64,000 nt of DNA from Okamejei kenojei (taxonomy: Eukaryota): assembly GCA_035221665.1 (NCBI GenBank), contig CM069164.1:19220001-19284000 (forward strand), in the 5' to 3' direction. Below are positions 47,765 through 60,061 of this stretch, one piece after another. The notes beneath the pieces were generated by a model, which searched no databases, was not told the DNA's origin, and saw nothing but the letters and a program-made list of their open reading frames with translations. How positions within the stretch are numbered: the stretch's first letter is position 1; each line of letters starts with the position of its first letter. Position numbers and translations under genes: made by a program.

Positions 47765-48060
47765 TCCACTGAAGGCTCGTCATGTTACTGCCATCTATTG
47801 ACCGTGACTGGGATTTCTCCATGGGGAACACATTATTTATTGTTTCTCCAACAGGGACCGAACCAGTTTGTATTCTCCACTGTTGTTGCTATTGCTACTC
47901 AGTGTCTACCAGAGGATCTTCAGAGGGATTGACATTTCTATTTTCCAGTTGCCGCCTAAACTAAAAGAAGCACAAAAGTTCAGCGTTGGAATCATTAGAC
48001 AGTTTTGATATGATATAAAAAATACATGTATATTTCTACTCTGCTCAAATTATTTGAATT

Positions 48061-48165
48061 CTCGACCCGATAAGTCACCCATTCATTCTCTCCAGAGATG
48101 CTGCCTCTCCCGCTTTCTGGGTCTATCTTCGGTTTCAACCAGCATCTGCGGTTCCTTCCTGCACA
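48061..48165 (+). mobile_element. PLE 3'-end fragment
   Basis: ctcgacccga...ccagcatctgcggttccttcctgcac. Confidence 0.7.
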
Positions 48166-49249
48166 GAAATAATTAATTTTTTGAATATTGCTTAAGACTT
48201 CTTGAGTATGGAAATCATTTTGCACTTTATACATTTATTTGTGCTGTGTTACGTTTCCATGTTCACATCCCCCTTCAGAGACTTGAGCTCAGCAGTCCAG
48301 CAGCAGTGAGCATGTGCTGCAGCGTTGTGGGTGCCTTCCTCTGGATATGATGTTGAACTGAGGGGCTCATCTACTCTCTAAAGTGATAATGAAAGATTCC
48401 TGTTTCCATGAAAAAGAGAGTGTTGTCCACTGTTTATCCCGAATCAGTGTTCCTACAAGGATTCAATTATGAGAGCTTACTGTGTGAAATTGGCAACAAT
48501 ATCACCCAAAGCACAATTGAAACTGCCCTGCAAAAGCCCTTAATTATTTCTGAAACACTTTGGGACTTTCTGAAAGGGATGCACAGGCACTACTTAAACG
48601 CAAGTCATTCACTTTCTTTAACTATGTTGGAAGGTGCTACCTGTGGAATAAACAGGCACGATGTGTAATGACCACAATGTTGAATAGTTCTTGAACTAAT
48701 GTTGTCAGAAGTAGGGAACATTGGCTGCAAAAGTACTGGGGACAGATGAGAATTGTTCTGGTAGGGAGCTGGCACAGACCTGATGGGCCAAACAGCGGCC
48801 TTGTGTTCTTTACCCATTCTATGACTGTGGTTTTGCTGCCAATACGAGGTTGCCATGCCAGCCTGCACACATTTCATCCTGCCGAGCTGAGCTAAATTAC
48901 CATTTACTTGTTTCACAGCGTCATTTGAGTAAAATGTGTAGACCAGGACCTTTGGTTTGATGCCTCATTGAAAGATGCTACCTCTGGCAATGCAGCACCC
49001 ACTCCGTTTTGCACTGAGATCCTGGGCGATTTACACATTTTCACTGGCATTAAACAAAACTTACTCTCTTCATATTTAAATGTTGGCATATTTATATCAT
49101 CATAGTCATCAAAATAAATGAAGGTAAAATAATCTACTCTTAATCCATAAAAACTGCACCATTTTCATAGAACTCCAATAAGAGAGGGGGTGGTTTAATT
49201 GCACGTTCGGTGGTGACCTGCTGATTTTGTCTGCCGTGTTTTGGAGCAG

Positions 49250-49411
49250 ATACGGCACATGCGGGAGGAGTTGGAGGAGCATCACCATCAGCAGGATGAA
49301 GCACTTCTGAAGAACCAGCAGCTGAAGCAGAGCATCAATGAGCTGGAGCACGACCTTGAAAGCAAAAAGCATTGTGTGGATGATCGAGTGCGGCAGGTCA
49401 AGCACATTGAG
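49250..49411 (+). CDS. CGNL1: CGNL1-like exon F, 54 codons: IRHMREELEEHHHQQDEALLKNQQLKQSINELEHDLESKKHCVDDRVRQVKHIE
   Basis: gagcag|ATA acceptor and GAG|gtgaac donor. QDEAL.K.Q.L...DDR.R.VK motif. Confidence 0.87.
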
Positions 49412-49529
49412 GTGAACACATGCTTTATCTTAACATTTTGCCTTAACTTCCGGATCTGGGAAAAGCTGAAATTATCACAGGATCACACCTGATCATGTGG
49501 CTACTTTTAATCTAAACGACACAACCAAG

Positions 49530-50450
49530 GGTTTCATTGACACCTCTGCTTCATGAGGAGACTGAGGAAATATCTCCAATAACTCATACAAACCTTTACT
49601 GATGCACCATAGAGAACATACTGTCGGTTTGATCACAGCTTGGTTTGGGATCCGCTCTGCCCAAGACCGCAGGAAATTACTGAGAGTAGTAGATGTAGCC
49701 TAGTCCATCACAGAGACCATTGACCTCATCTACACTTCATGCCGCTTTGGGAAAGTAATCAACATATTCAAAGAAGTGTCCCACCCTGGTCATTCCTCCT
49801 CCTCCCTAGTCCTGTCCAGCAGGATTCACCTCTACCCCATTGGGGACATGGGACTTTTCAAAGCTACTGAGAACTCTATTCTGCACTCTGTATCCTCCCC
49901 TTTGCTCCATCTATGGTAAGGTTAGGTTTATTATTGTCACAGTACTGAGGTACAGTGAAAAGCTTTGTTTTGTATGCTAGCCAAACAGATCAGATAATAC
50001 TATATATAAATAAAATCACTTCAAATTCAAATACAACACTTAGAGCAAAGGGCAAAGAAATGTACCCTGTAGCATACCAGTTGCATAGACAAAATCCAAT
50101 CTTCACAGTGGGGTAGAGGCGAATTGGACTATACCCTTGCTTATGTAAGGACCGTTCAGAAGCCTGAAAGCTTTTCCGAGGCAGCGTGAAATGTAGATGG
50201 AGACAATAGTGGGAAGTCAGGTCTTTATGATGCTCTAGCCGACTTTTACAACTCTCTGCAATTTCTTGCAGTCTGAGGCAAAATTGTTCACAAACCAAGC
50301 TGTGAAGCAGCCTGACAGTATGGTGCATCTTGTACTTGAGTTTGATGTATATATTTATATATATATGGTATTAACTGATCTGATGGATAGCATGTAAAGC
50401 AAAGCTTTTCACTGTCTCTCAGTACACGTGACAACAATAAACCTAAACCT
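49530..50450. mobile_element. Nested Rex1/Babar-type 3' fragments (+ copy at 49530-49915 and 50330-50450, split by a - copy at ~49917-50328)
   Basis: RRLRK...YRCTIENIL..ITAWFG..SAQDRRKL.RVV-like remnants on both strands, with matching tails. Confidence 0.65.
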
Positions 50451-50555
50451 AAGAACCAATATTGAAACATAATGCATCACTTATATATAATAGTCCGAGG
50501 CTGCTTTATGGGGAAAAGTGGTTGCTACTTCCATCAACCTGATTTATGTTTGCAG

Positions 50556-50645
50556 GATAAACTGGCAGATTTGGAGATGGAATTGGATGAGGAGAAAAAC
50601 AATTCCGACCTTCTGACAGAGCGCATGAATAGAGACCGAGAGCAG
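50556..50645 (+). CDS. CGNL1: CGNL1-like exon G, 30 codons: DKLADLEMELDEEKNNSDLLTERMNRDREQ
   Basis: ttgcag|GAT acceptor and CAG|gtaact donor. Matches the DK...LEMEL.EE.NNSDLL.ER..R.REQ segment of the myosin-tail-like region of CGNL1/CGN. Confidence 0.9.
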
Positions 50646-53267
50646 GTAACTAAGCCAGTTGGAGTGACGCGATAATGGATTAAACTTGTTGCAATTGATT
50701 AGCCATGGGAATGGCTGTCTTGTCTATGGTGTAAGAATCTGCCTCATAAAGCTGCCACTAAAAGGGCAGCCAATATAAATAAGTTGACAAAGTAACTGAT
50801 AAAATTCTAGGCATTAATATCGTCTGTAAGTCAGTATTGATTTTCCTCTCCCTGTGAGCAACACAGAGCAACCGGCCGTTGTATTATTCAGCTGCCTTGT
50901 GTTTGGAATAATGTGTTGACGTGACCATAAAAAGACATTGGTTGGGTTGGCTGATATATTCCACACCAGGCGATGACAATGGGTAAGTTGCTCAATAAAT
51001 ATTCCTTGTCTAACGTGCTGTAAAGTTGCAGATCTGCAGCCGATTGCCTCACTCGTAAATATACACGTCAACACATACCGTGTCTGATAAGTTTGCTTAT
51101 TAATTTTGTGAACTGCCACACGATTCATTAGCTCTATTCCTCTCCAAAACTAATGTGTGAAAAAAGTTGAAAGGTTCCCATTAAAACATTCCTGCGAGTC
51201 CAGAGGTTTCTTGGCTATTCAGTTGGATCGTCTTGACCCATTCCCTACAACCAGCTTCCTGCCTTGCTCCACAGCCCTCAGCAGCAGAGTGGCAGCTTGA
51301 AGTCGAATTATTATGCTGCAATATGAGACGATAAAAGGTGCTCTATTCTCAGCTTGCTCGTGTGTGATACCATTGTGACACACAGCATAATTGGGGGGCA
51401 CAGTACAGGTCGCAGTGACCTTGAACTTTACTTTTATTTGCAGCAAAGTAAAATAGTTTGAACTGCAGAGTGAAATTGCTCAGATTTGGATTCAATAGCC
51501 ATTAAATGACATGTTGAATCATATATCACTTTCGTCTTTACCAAGCTAACTTGGTTTGAGTTTTAAGTCCTTCGATAATAATAGGTTATATGTGTGCTTA
51601 AATAAAGATGGTGCAACCAGTATGAATGGCGAAGGCAATAATTGTTATTAACACCGTATCGGTTTCATTTTGGACAGGCTACCAGTGATGTAACTTAGTT
51701 AAGTGGAGTAACACTCAACTCTGTTACTGATCACCAGCGATCTCCATTTTCGCCAAATACTCTTGTGTGTAAAGTTTCAACACACTAGGTCTTACAGCCA
51801 AAAGTTCTAGCCATATCCACCCATCTAATCTGTTTTAAGACTGAATCAATGCTTAGCCCACAACATTAAAGGTTTATTGTTCCTGCATAATATTGTTTTG
51901 AAATATTATATTTCAAAGGGAAAACAATTTCTTCATTCGTATGGAATGATCAAGCAGGCTGGGACATTTAATATATCCAAACAGTGAAGCCAGCATCTCT
52001 CCAGCTGATTTCATGCCTCATTTAAGAGCTGCTTATTTCCCTTGATTAGTTGCCAAATCATAGACTAAACCATTCACGAGCTACAGAATTTTACATAGTG
52101 TTTCTGTCATTTGATCTTCTGGCATGTAATTAAAAGAGTCCTTTTAACCTCCAGTGCAAATAGGTTTTGAATCGGGGGATTATGGAAAGGGGTTTTATTC
52201 CTCCTGACTTTGCATGTTGAGAGATTTGAACTTCTTGCTCCATAAAAATAATCCCTTTAAAATTGGATTGTACTTAATTTCCATTAGTTCGTAAAATGAA
52301 GATTATGTTGCATCTTGGCTTGTGTGGAGATTCTTATGTGACTTGCCTACTTGTGTGTTTTTTCCTGATATGTACGTCTGTTCAAAACAACTACTTGTTC
52401 ATTTTTGATATTCATAATCTGGTTGCATATTGAATAATATAATTAGAAGGTTCAACATTTCCTTGTTATGTCAATGTTTATTGCTTTTTAATGCACCGAG
52501 TGGGTGTGCATGATTTATATTTGACTGGAAAATATCTCGGTAAATTGTTTGAAAATGGAAGTTTTGTCTTCATTGGAAAGTAGTGGCTGAGTTCAAGGGG
52601 CCAGGTTGGCAATGTTTTTTGATATGCAAATGCATTCATGAAAGGGTTTGATAATGAAAGGGTGTGATGTTCCACTAGTACTCACTTAGCGATTTTTACC
52701 TTCAGCATATTACCCCGCAGTTAGAAAACGTTAGAAACTAGATTAATATAATGCGTGGAATTTATCAGGGATGGTATGACATTATAAATGCCAAAACTCT
52801 TTAGGCCAAAGAGTTTTATGTACCACACAAGCTTCGTCTCACTTTTCAGAAAGCACCAATGCATGTGATAGCAAAACTTGCATTCTGCATTGTCAAAGAT
52901 ATAAGCTTATAAATGAGTTGTTAATTAGACCCCTACATACAGTACCTACTGATGTAAATGTAAATTAACCTATCGCATTATTCAGTGAATTGTGTAGTTT
53001 TCCACCAAAATCTGACGAAAAGTGGTCATTATGTTTTCACTGTTTGTGGCATTCTTCGTTGCACACACAATAACAGCTATTATACAGCAAATGGAATTAG
53101 TTGGCTAAAAACACTCGGGCCACTGTGAGGTACAAAAAAAGATGTTTTGTAAATGCATAATTTTTCTTATTTTGGATCGTAGATTAGTTTCTGTAAGCAG
53201 CTTTATCCGTTTTATAAATATCTTTATTAGAGAATAAATGTGTTTGACAGTTTCGGTGTGTTAATGT

Positions 53268-53496
53268 TTAAGAAGGAACTGCAGATGCTAGAAAATAGAA
53301 GGTAGACAAAAATGCTGGAGAAATGCTGGGTGAGGAATCATCTGTGGAGTGAAGGAAATAGGCAACGTTTCAGGTCGAAACCCTTCTTCAGACTGAAGAA
53401 TGAGCTCAGTCTGGTTTCGACCTGAAACGTTGCCCATTTCCTTCGCTGCATAGATGCTTCCTCACCCGCTGAGTTTCTCCAGCATTTTTGTCTATC
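53268..53496. mobile_element. PLE fold-back insertion with 16-bp TSD (1 mismatch)
   Basis: ttcggtgtgtt(a/g)atgt at 53252-53267 and 53497-53512; the centre reads cttcttcagactgaagaa. Confidence 0.85.
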
Positions 53497-54316
53497 TTCG
53501 GTGTGTTGATGTAGTGTTTTGTGTAACTGACAGCGACCATCATTAAAATGATGGGAGTTGAACATATTCAGCTGAATCTTGGACATCTAGAACCTTGGAC
53601 ATCTTCTTGGACTCATCGAGCTCATGGTCATGACATGAGAACCACGAGATAGGACACTGGCTCAGGCTTAGCATGTTTGCTGGAGTTTGTCAAAGTAAAT
53701 ATGGTGAGCCTCAGTCAGAACTCATCCCAAGCTCCGTCTGTTTAAGAAAGACTTTCATTTATCCAGCACATTTCACAGCTGTCACAGTTCTTTGTAACCA
53801 ACGGCATGCTTCCTGTTGTCTGATCACTTTTATAAGGAACATGGCAGATTAATTGCATAGCAGAGTCCCACAAAGGTAGTCCAGGTTTCTGGTGGTATTG
53901 ATACAAACTATAGGAATTTGCCATTGTCACCCTGTGAAGAGGCAGAGACTTTGGGACTTTTGCGCAAGACTGGTACATCTTCTATGGAGATCCCATACAT
54001 CCTCATAGGCATCCATCTCCAATGATGTTAATGAAAATCACTTGAGCTGATTTGAATTTAGGGTAATCCTCTATGGCCTACCCTGAAAATGTTTTCTGAA
54101 TTCTCACTAGATCTTCATGGACAGCTTTCATTAAGGTCAACAGCTAGTGCCACTGGGGAATTTTGGAGTGATTTATTCAGGGTGGATATTACCTAGTGTA
54201 AGAGCAGGTAAACTGTGTCGCATTACCCTAAGAAAAGCCACTTGGTTGGCAACATACACCACACCAGAATGTTGGGTTGACAGAGCCATTATCAGTTGTG
54301 AGTGTGAAGCATGTAC

Positions 54317-54577
54317 TTTAGAGATAGAGCGTGGAAACAGGCCCTTCGGCCCACTGCGTCCGAGTGATCATCCCGTAAACTAGCACTATCCTACGCACTC
54401 GTGACAAAGCCAATTAACCTACACATCTCTGGAGTGTGGAAGGAAACTGGAGAAAACCCACGCGGTCGCAGGGAGAACGTTACACACTCCATGGAGACAG
54501 CAACCAGAGTCAGGATTGAACCTGGGTGTCTGGCGCTGTAAATCAGAAACTCTACCGCTGCGCCACTGTGCTGCCCC
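54317..54577 (-). mobile_element. V-SINE
   Basis: Reverse-complement tail, V-domain and head. Confidence 0.85.
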
Positions 54578-56479
54578 TCGACGTTGTCAATTTCCTGAGA
54601 GTTAGTGTAGGAGGCAGAGAAGAAGGCAGCGCAGTGCTGACAGTGCAGTATCAACAAGAGAACCTTCCTGCTGGTTGGGAGAATGAGCCGATGAACATGT
54701 CAGCTACGACCCTTCAAACCTTCCAGAATGCGACCTACATTCTTACCAGAGATTCATAGACATTCACTCCAACCATTATGGAGCAGTGCGGAAACCCCTC
54801 AGCTGAAGGAAGTGATGGGAGGTGAGCATGTGTTGTTATCAAATGATTGATGCATTGATTGTTTAATCTAAGAGCTATCTCCCACGAACATCTTTAGTTA
54901 TCATTGGCAAAAGGAAGATTTCGAACCAGCCTTTGTAGTTCATATAAATATAATTATTTACCCAAATCATATTTAGAACATGTATAACAGTAATGGTTGC
55001 CATATTACACTGGATGTATTCCACTTTATTGTTCAAGAGAAAAATATATTTTGTCTTAGTTTAGTTTATTGTCATGAGGTATGATGAAATGCTTTTGGTG
55101 CATGCTAACCATTCAGCAGAAAGACAATACATGATTACAATCAAGCCATTCGCAATGTACAGGTACATGATAAAGGAAATAACGTTCAGTGCAAGGTAAA
55201 GTCGGATCAAATTGGGCTTTTGGGTAAATTGGGCTTTAAGCCACAGTCTTCAGATGGGAATAATCAACATATGTTCCAGCATTTGAATAGTTTAGTTACT
55301 TCAGCTGTTGTGTGGGTGCAGGATAAAGTAAGATTCTGTTGTGATAACCTTGAACTCCACCAATTGCCAAATTGGTTTTGAAGCTTTGAACTGCATCACA
55401 GTCAGGGTTCAGGCATTGAAGAGTTGCCGATGCCTGGGTTTTTTCCAAAAACACTTGGATTTATTTAAAAGCTGTCCAACCAATTGTTGGAGTTGCAAAT
55501 AAGTATGCTTTGAAGATCTTTGCATTTGTGAAATTACAGTTTGCGAGATAAATATAGTGAAGGATAAACAGAATAATTTTGAGAGCTGCAAAATTGTAAT
55601 CCACAATCCCTGGCACACAGTTACTGGTAAATTGATGACCTCTATGTTGGAAAGGATCAAGTCCCTAGTTATTTTTTGACCCAATATAATCATGATGTTT
55701 TTTTAATTGGTGAGACTGAGTTCTAATGGATAAAAGTATGATCAAAAGAATATTATTGGTACAAGTTTATAAAGTATACAGATACACAAAATATACGGTA
55801 CCTTGCTGACTTGGAAACCTCTCACCATTCCATTGTCACTGGAGCTAAATCTCGGAGTTCAGAGCCTGGTAGCAGAGAAGGAGCACCTTAACTGCAAAGT
55901 CTGTGGCTGTTCAAGAAAGTGATTCCCTACAACAGCACCAAGACCAGCTGATAAATACTGGCCTTGGTAACAACTCCCACATCTCAGAAATGTAAAGAGA
56001 CAAACGGATTTGCACTGAATGGTTTAATGCTAAATCCATAGACCTGTCAAGAACACATCAAGATTAATATCGTAGAGAAAAATATATTGATAAAATGTTC
56101 TTTCATTTCCTGATTCAGTTTGAAGTGCTTCAGTGAATTACTATTGAAGAGTGTGTTTGCTGTTATTTTGGAAGCTGAATCAGGACTCAAGCTGCACATG
56201 AGGTCACAAAAACACTAAAATACTCCACTTGACATTAAATGATGATCTAGAATGCTTGACAGATGTTTTTCTGGTTTCCTGACTCCACGCCATTTTGTTA
56301 AGTAGGATTTATTTCCTTTTAAAATTTGCCCAAGTGATGTTTTCAGCCAGATGTGTCTGAGCTTCATATCTAGTGAAGCAAAGCTTGTTGTAGAAAAATG
56401 CTTTTGGTGAGGATGAAGTCACCGGTGAGTGTGGTTATTCAGTCCAGTTCGCAGCAGTCCCATTACCAATAAAATGGTG

Positions 56480-56990
56480 TCGTTTTCATTTTAAGTCACA
56501 GATGCTGAGAAAGTCTCCCTCAGCAGGGCTCCAAACTTTGCACCACAGCTCCTGCCGCTCTTTCTCCAATTCATAGCATTCCCCTGCTGTGTTGTTACCT
56601 TCCCCCTTCCCACCATATTCCAGTCACTGCCACTGAGTTTGAATCTCAAAGATAGCCTCTTTCCAATTTCGAGAGCTGGGGGGGGGGAGGGGGGAGAATC
56701 CTTCGGACTCCTCCTCTCCTCCCTGAACAGCATCTTGTAACCAGCCCAGTGTTGCGCAGTACAAGGGAGATCCTCCACTGCACTCCTGTGTTCTTGTTGC
56801 TGTGTGGAGGCAGGGGTGTTACCACAGCAATGGTAGAATAGAGGAAGATGAGCGTGTCCTGCTTCTGCCCACTGCTGGGTCCCGGCTGATAACTGTGCAC
56901 CTGCTACACACACAGACACCAGGTGTTGGGGCAGCTCAGTGTGACGGTGGAAATGAAGCCCCATTCATCTGGATACGAAACAAACCAGGC
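56480..56990 (-). mobile_element. Probable RTE LINE ORF2 C-terminal remnant
   Basis: AQHWAGYK....ERRSPK...LEIGKR..LRFK resembles RTE QLRWAGHV.RM...R.PK...GEL..GKR....LRFKD. Confidence 0.5.
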
Positions 56991-57359
56991 AAAGCTGACA
57001 CTGTTTAAACTTGTTCCGTTGTGATGGTTTGGGTCCCTGCAGCATTTATTGGCACTGATTATATGGAGTCAGAGCAGAATAAATACAGTAAACTCAGAGG
57101 AGAGCTAATCATTTTATGCAAGAAAGGAAGTAAATTCTGGCATTCAAATCTTAACAGTTGACCTGACCTTCAAAGTGTGGAATGCATTCTGTTCTTGCTA
57201 CATGAAGTGGTTCCAATCCACGCTGCCTAATGCTTTAATCTGTAGTTTGTTTTCTTTATATTTTGAATTTAAAAGAATAAGTGCATGCACTTGGCATGTA
57301 GTTTTTATCAAATGTTTCAATTTTGGATAAAGGGGCCCCTTGGGTGCTTGGGTTGTTGA

Positions 57360-57540
57360 CAAAAAATACAAGGTGCCGGAGAGTCATCTCATTGACATAT
57401 AGCTGCCAATTCAGGTCAGGACCCTACTCCCAACTGAAGGATTATGACCCTACACGTTGCCTATCCATGTCCCTGAGAGATGTTGCCTGACCTGCTGAGT
57501 TACTCCAGCTACTTGCGTTTGCTTTTGTAAACCACCATCT
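57360..57540. mobile_element. Old PLE fold-back remnant
   Basis: ctgaagga...acgttgcctatccatg...gacctgctgagttactccagc. Confidence 0.55.
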
Positions 57541-58021
57541 TGGTCTTGGATTGCTGAATTCTTAATAATTGATTATTATTCTGTTGATTCTGGTGCAGCA
57601 TGATGTGAATTGAGTACTAAATATTTTCCTCAGTGGTAGGAATGATTTATGTTTAAAGCTGTACCATAACAAGAAATGGCTTACGATGGAAGCTCTTTTA
57701 AGGTTGTAATGGAGCTGGATTGCTGGGAAATTCAATTATAGCATAGCTACATGGTTTCACAGCTGCAAATTAATTTTGGATGAGACACGATTGTGAAATT
57801 TTCCACTTGCTTTGTGTTGCTCTGGAAATGTAACCAGTAGTCAGTCAGTCACCCTCGCAACGCTGGTGACAGGAGGATATCATTCCATGGACATCTCCCT
57901 TTGGAGCTTTGCTGAGGAGTGTTAGACCATGCTGCCTGGGAGTGGCTGTTAGTGGGCACTGTGGACCATGTCATGCAGGCAAGGTCATCCTTGGTCATAT
58001 CTCCACCTCACCACCCCCTCT

Positions 58022-58023
58022 CC

Positions 58024-58054
<31 letters not shown>
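58022..58054. repeat. Poly-C tract
   Basis: Homopolymer; source of the poly-Pro ORFs. Confidence 0.9.
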
Positions 58055-58056
<2 letters not shown>

Positions 58057-58156
58057 CCTCTCATCCCATCCCTGGACTGCACTGCATCACGCTTCCCAAA
58101 CTTTTCCCTCTTACCATTCCTCCCAACACCACCCTGGTTGGTTTCTCAGCCGTCTT

Positions 58157-58265
58157 GTGTAGAAAGGAATTGCAGATGCTGGTACATACCGAAGAAAGAC
58201 ACAAAGTACTGGAGTAACTAACTGAACATGCTGGTATATTCAGTTACTCCAGCATGTTGTATCTT
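58157..58265. mobile_element. Short PLE fold-back (terminal ~60 nt)
   Basis: ctggagtaact...agttactccag arms; ttctcagc on both flanks. Confidence 0.65.
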
Positions 58266-59442
58266 ACCTTCTCAGCTATCATTTCCCCCACTGCCATATA
58301 CTAGTCCAGAGGGCTATCCACTCAGACAAGAGAACAGATCAGATCAGACTTGTGGCCACTTGTCTACTGATTCCAACCGTGGACAGCAACATTGGATGAA
58401 ACATCTCTGTGAATGTCCATCTCGTCAATCAGTTCCACCCAATGCTCAGCTGCTGGTGAGGCTCCCAGTAGGTAGCAGTGCCTGAATTCTGGGCACTAGG
58501 CATTGCTTAAAACTTCACATGTCACTTCAAAGACAAGGAACAAAATAACACGTTCAAAGGTCACATTGTGAATGGAGCCTGGTAGATCCAATCCCAGGGA
58601 TATTTCAATGATGCTCCTCCACACTAAGATTTTAGAGACAATTATTAGCCATGCCAAGGCACATCCACGTTACACTATTCCCCCAACTAACTTGTGAGTG
58701 TTTAACTCGTCGTGGGTACCTTAAACTAGTTCATGGATGAAATATCAGTCGGTCTTTTTAATGCTCAGAAGTACCAACATACACGAGCTGTTCTTGAAAT
58801 GCGCCTGTTTCTCGTCAGCTGTGGAAAGGCAGCTGAGTCGCACTGACGTGTACTGTCTGACCCACAGGTTTGGGTACTGTTTTTGCCCCTTCATTTCTCA
58901 GCCTTGAGGGACAATGAACCCTTTTTAATCATTTTACAGTGTGCATCAATGAAAAAATGCATTGGTATCGTTCACATTTTGCTCCTTGGCAGCAGTAGCT
59001 CGAGGGTCACAGTCATGGGTCTAAACCTAAACAATGCTTGGCCCATGACTTTTCAGACTGTTAAAAATATAAACTGCAATGAAATGGGGTTAATTTTTCC
59101 CCTCCATGTAGTTTAATTGGCCTTCCCACAGTGAGAAGTGTTTGAGTGTTTAATTTTAGTTCAAATAAAATCACTTTACTACTTTTCTGATGAAATCCAG
59201 CCTGGCTTTTCAAATGAACTGCTATGTATGTGTTGGTGTGAATCTTCATAGTGCTTTAATGCTCATTTCTTGCACTCCAAGCTTCAGTGCACGTTGCATA
59301 TTGTATATCCCAACTTGTTTACATTGTTGAGGTTTCTTTTAGTTTTACCTGAACACTCGAGCTGTTCTGCAACATTGTGCTTACTTTGTACAGTTGTTGG
59401 TAAAGCGGAAAATGCTCAGCAGGTCAGACAGCCTAGCACAAC

Positions 59443-59981
59443 TATGTGTGCAGCTTTGGTCTCCTAATTTGAGAAAGAACGTCCTTACTATTGAGGCAGT
59501 GCAGCGTAGGTTCACGAGGTTAATCCCTGGGATGGAGGGACTGTCATATGAGGATATATTGGAAAGACTGGGCTTGCATTCACTGGAATTTAGAAGGATG
59601 AGAGGGGATCTTATTGAAACATATACAATTATAAAAGGACTGGACAAGCTAGATGCAGGAAAAATGTTCCCAATGTTGGGGGAGTCCTGAACCAGGGGCC
59701 ACAGTCTAAGAATAAAGGGGAGGTCATTTAAAACTGAGATGAGAAAAAAACGGTTTCACCCAGAGAGTTGTGAATGTGTGGAATTCCCTGCCACAGAGGG
59801 CAGTGGAGGCCAATTTACTGGATTAATTTAAAAGAGAGTTCGATAGAGCTCTTGGGGCTAGCGGAATCAAGGGATATGGGGTAATGATTGTGGATGATCA
59901 GCCTTGATCACAATGAATGGCGGTGCTGGCTCGTAGGGCCAAATGGCCTGCTCCTGCACCTATTTTCTATGATTCTATGTT
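59443..59981 (+). mobile_element. CR1-type LINE 3' end
   Basis: CVQLWSPNLRKNVLTIEAVQRRFTRLIPGMEGLSYE..LERLGLHSLEFRRMRGDLIETY; tctatg tail. Confidence 0.92.
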
Positions 59982-60038
59982 AACAAACTGCAGGGAAAGT
60001 GGAAAATGACAGGCAGGTGGAAAGAATGGGGAGTTATT

Positions 60039-60061
60039 TGGGGGGGGGGGGGGGGGGGGGG
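60039..60061. repeat. Poly-G tract
   Basis: Homopolymer. Confidence 0.9.

Noticed and set aside
57909-58221. Proline-rich ORFs
   Set aside because: They are caused by a poly-C homopolymer, and all three frames give poly-Pro.
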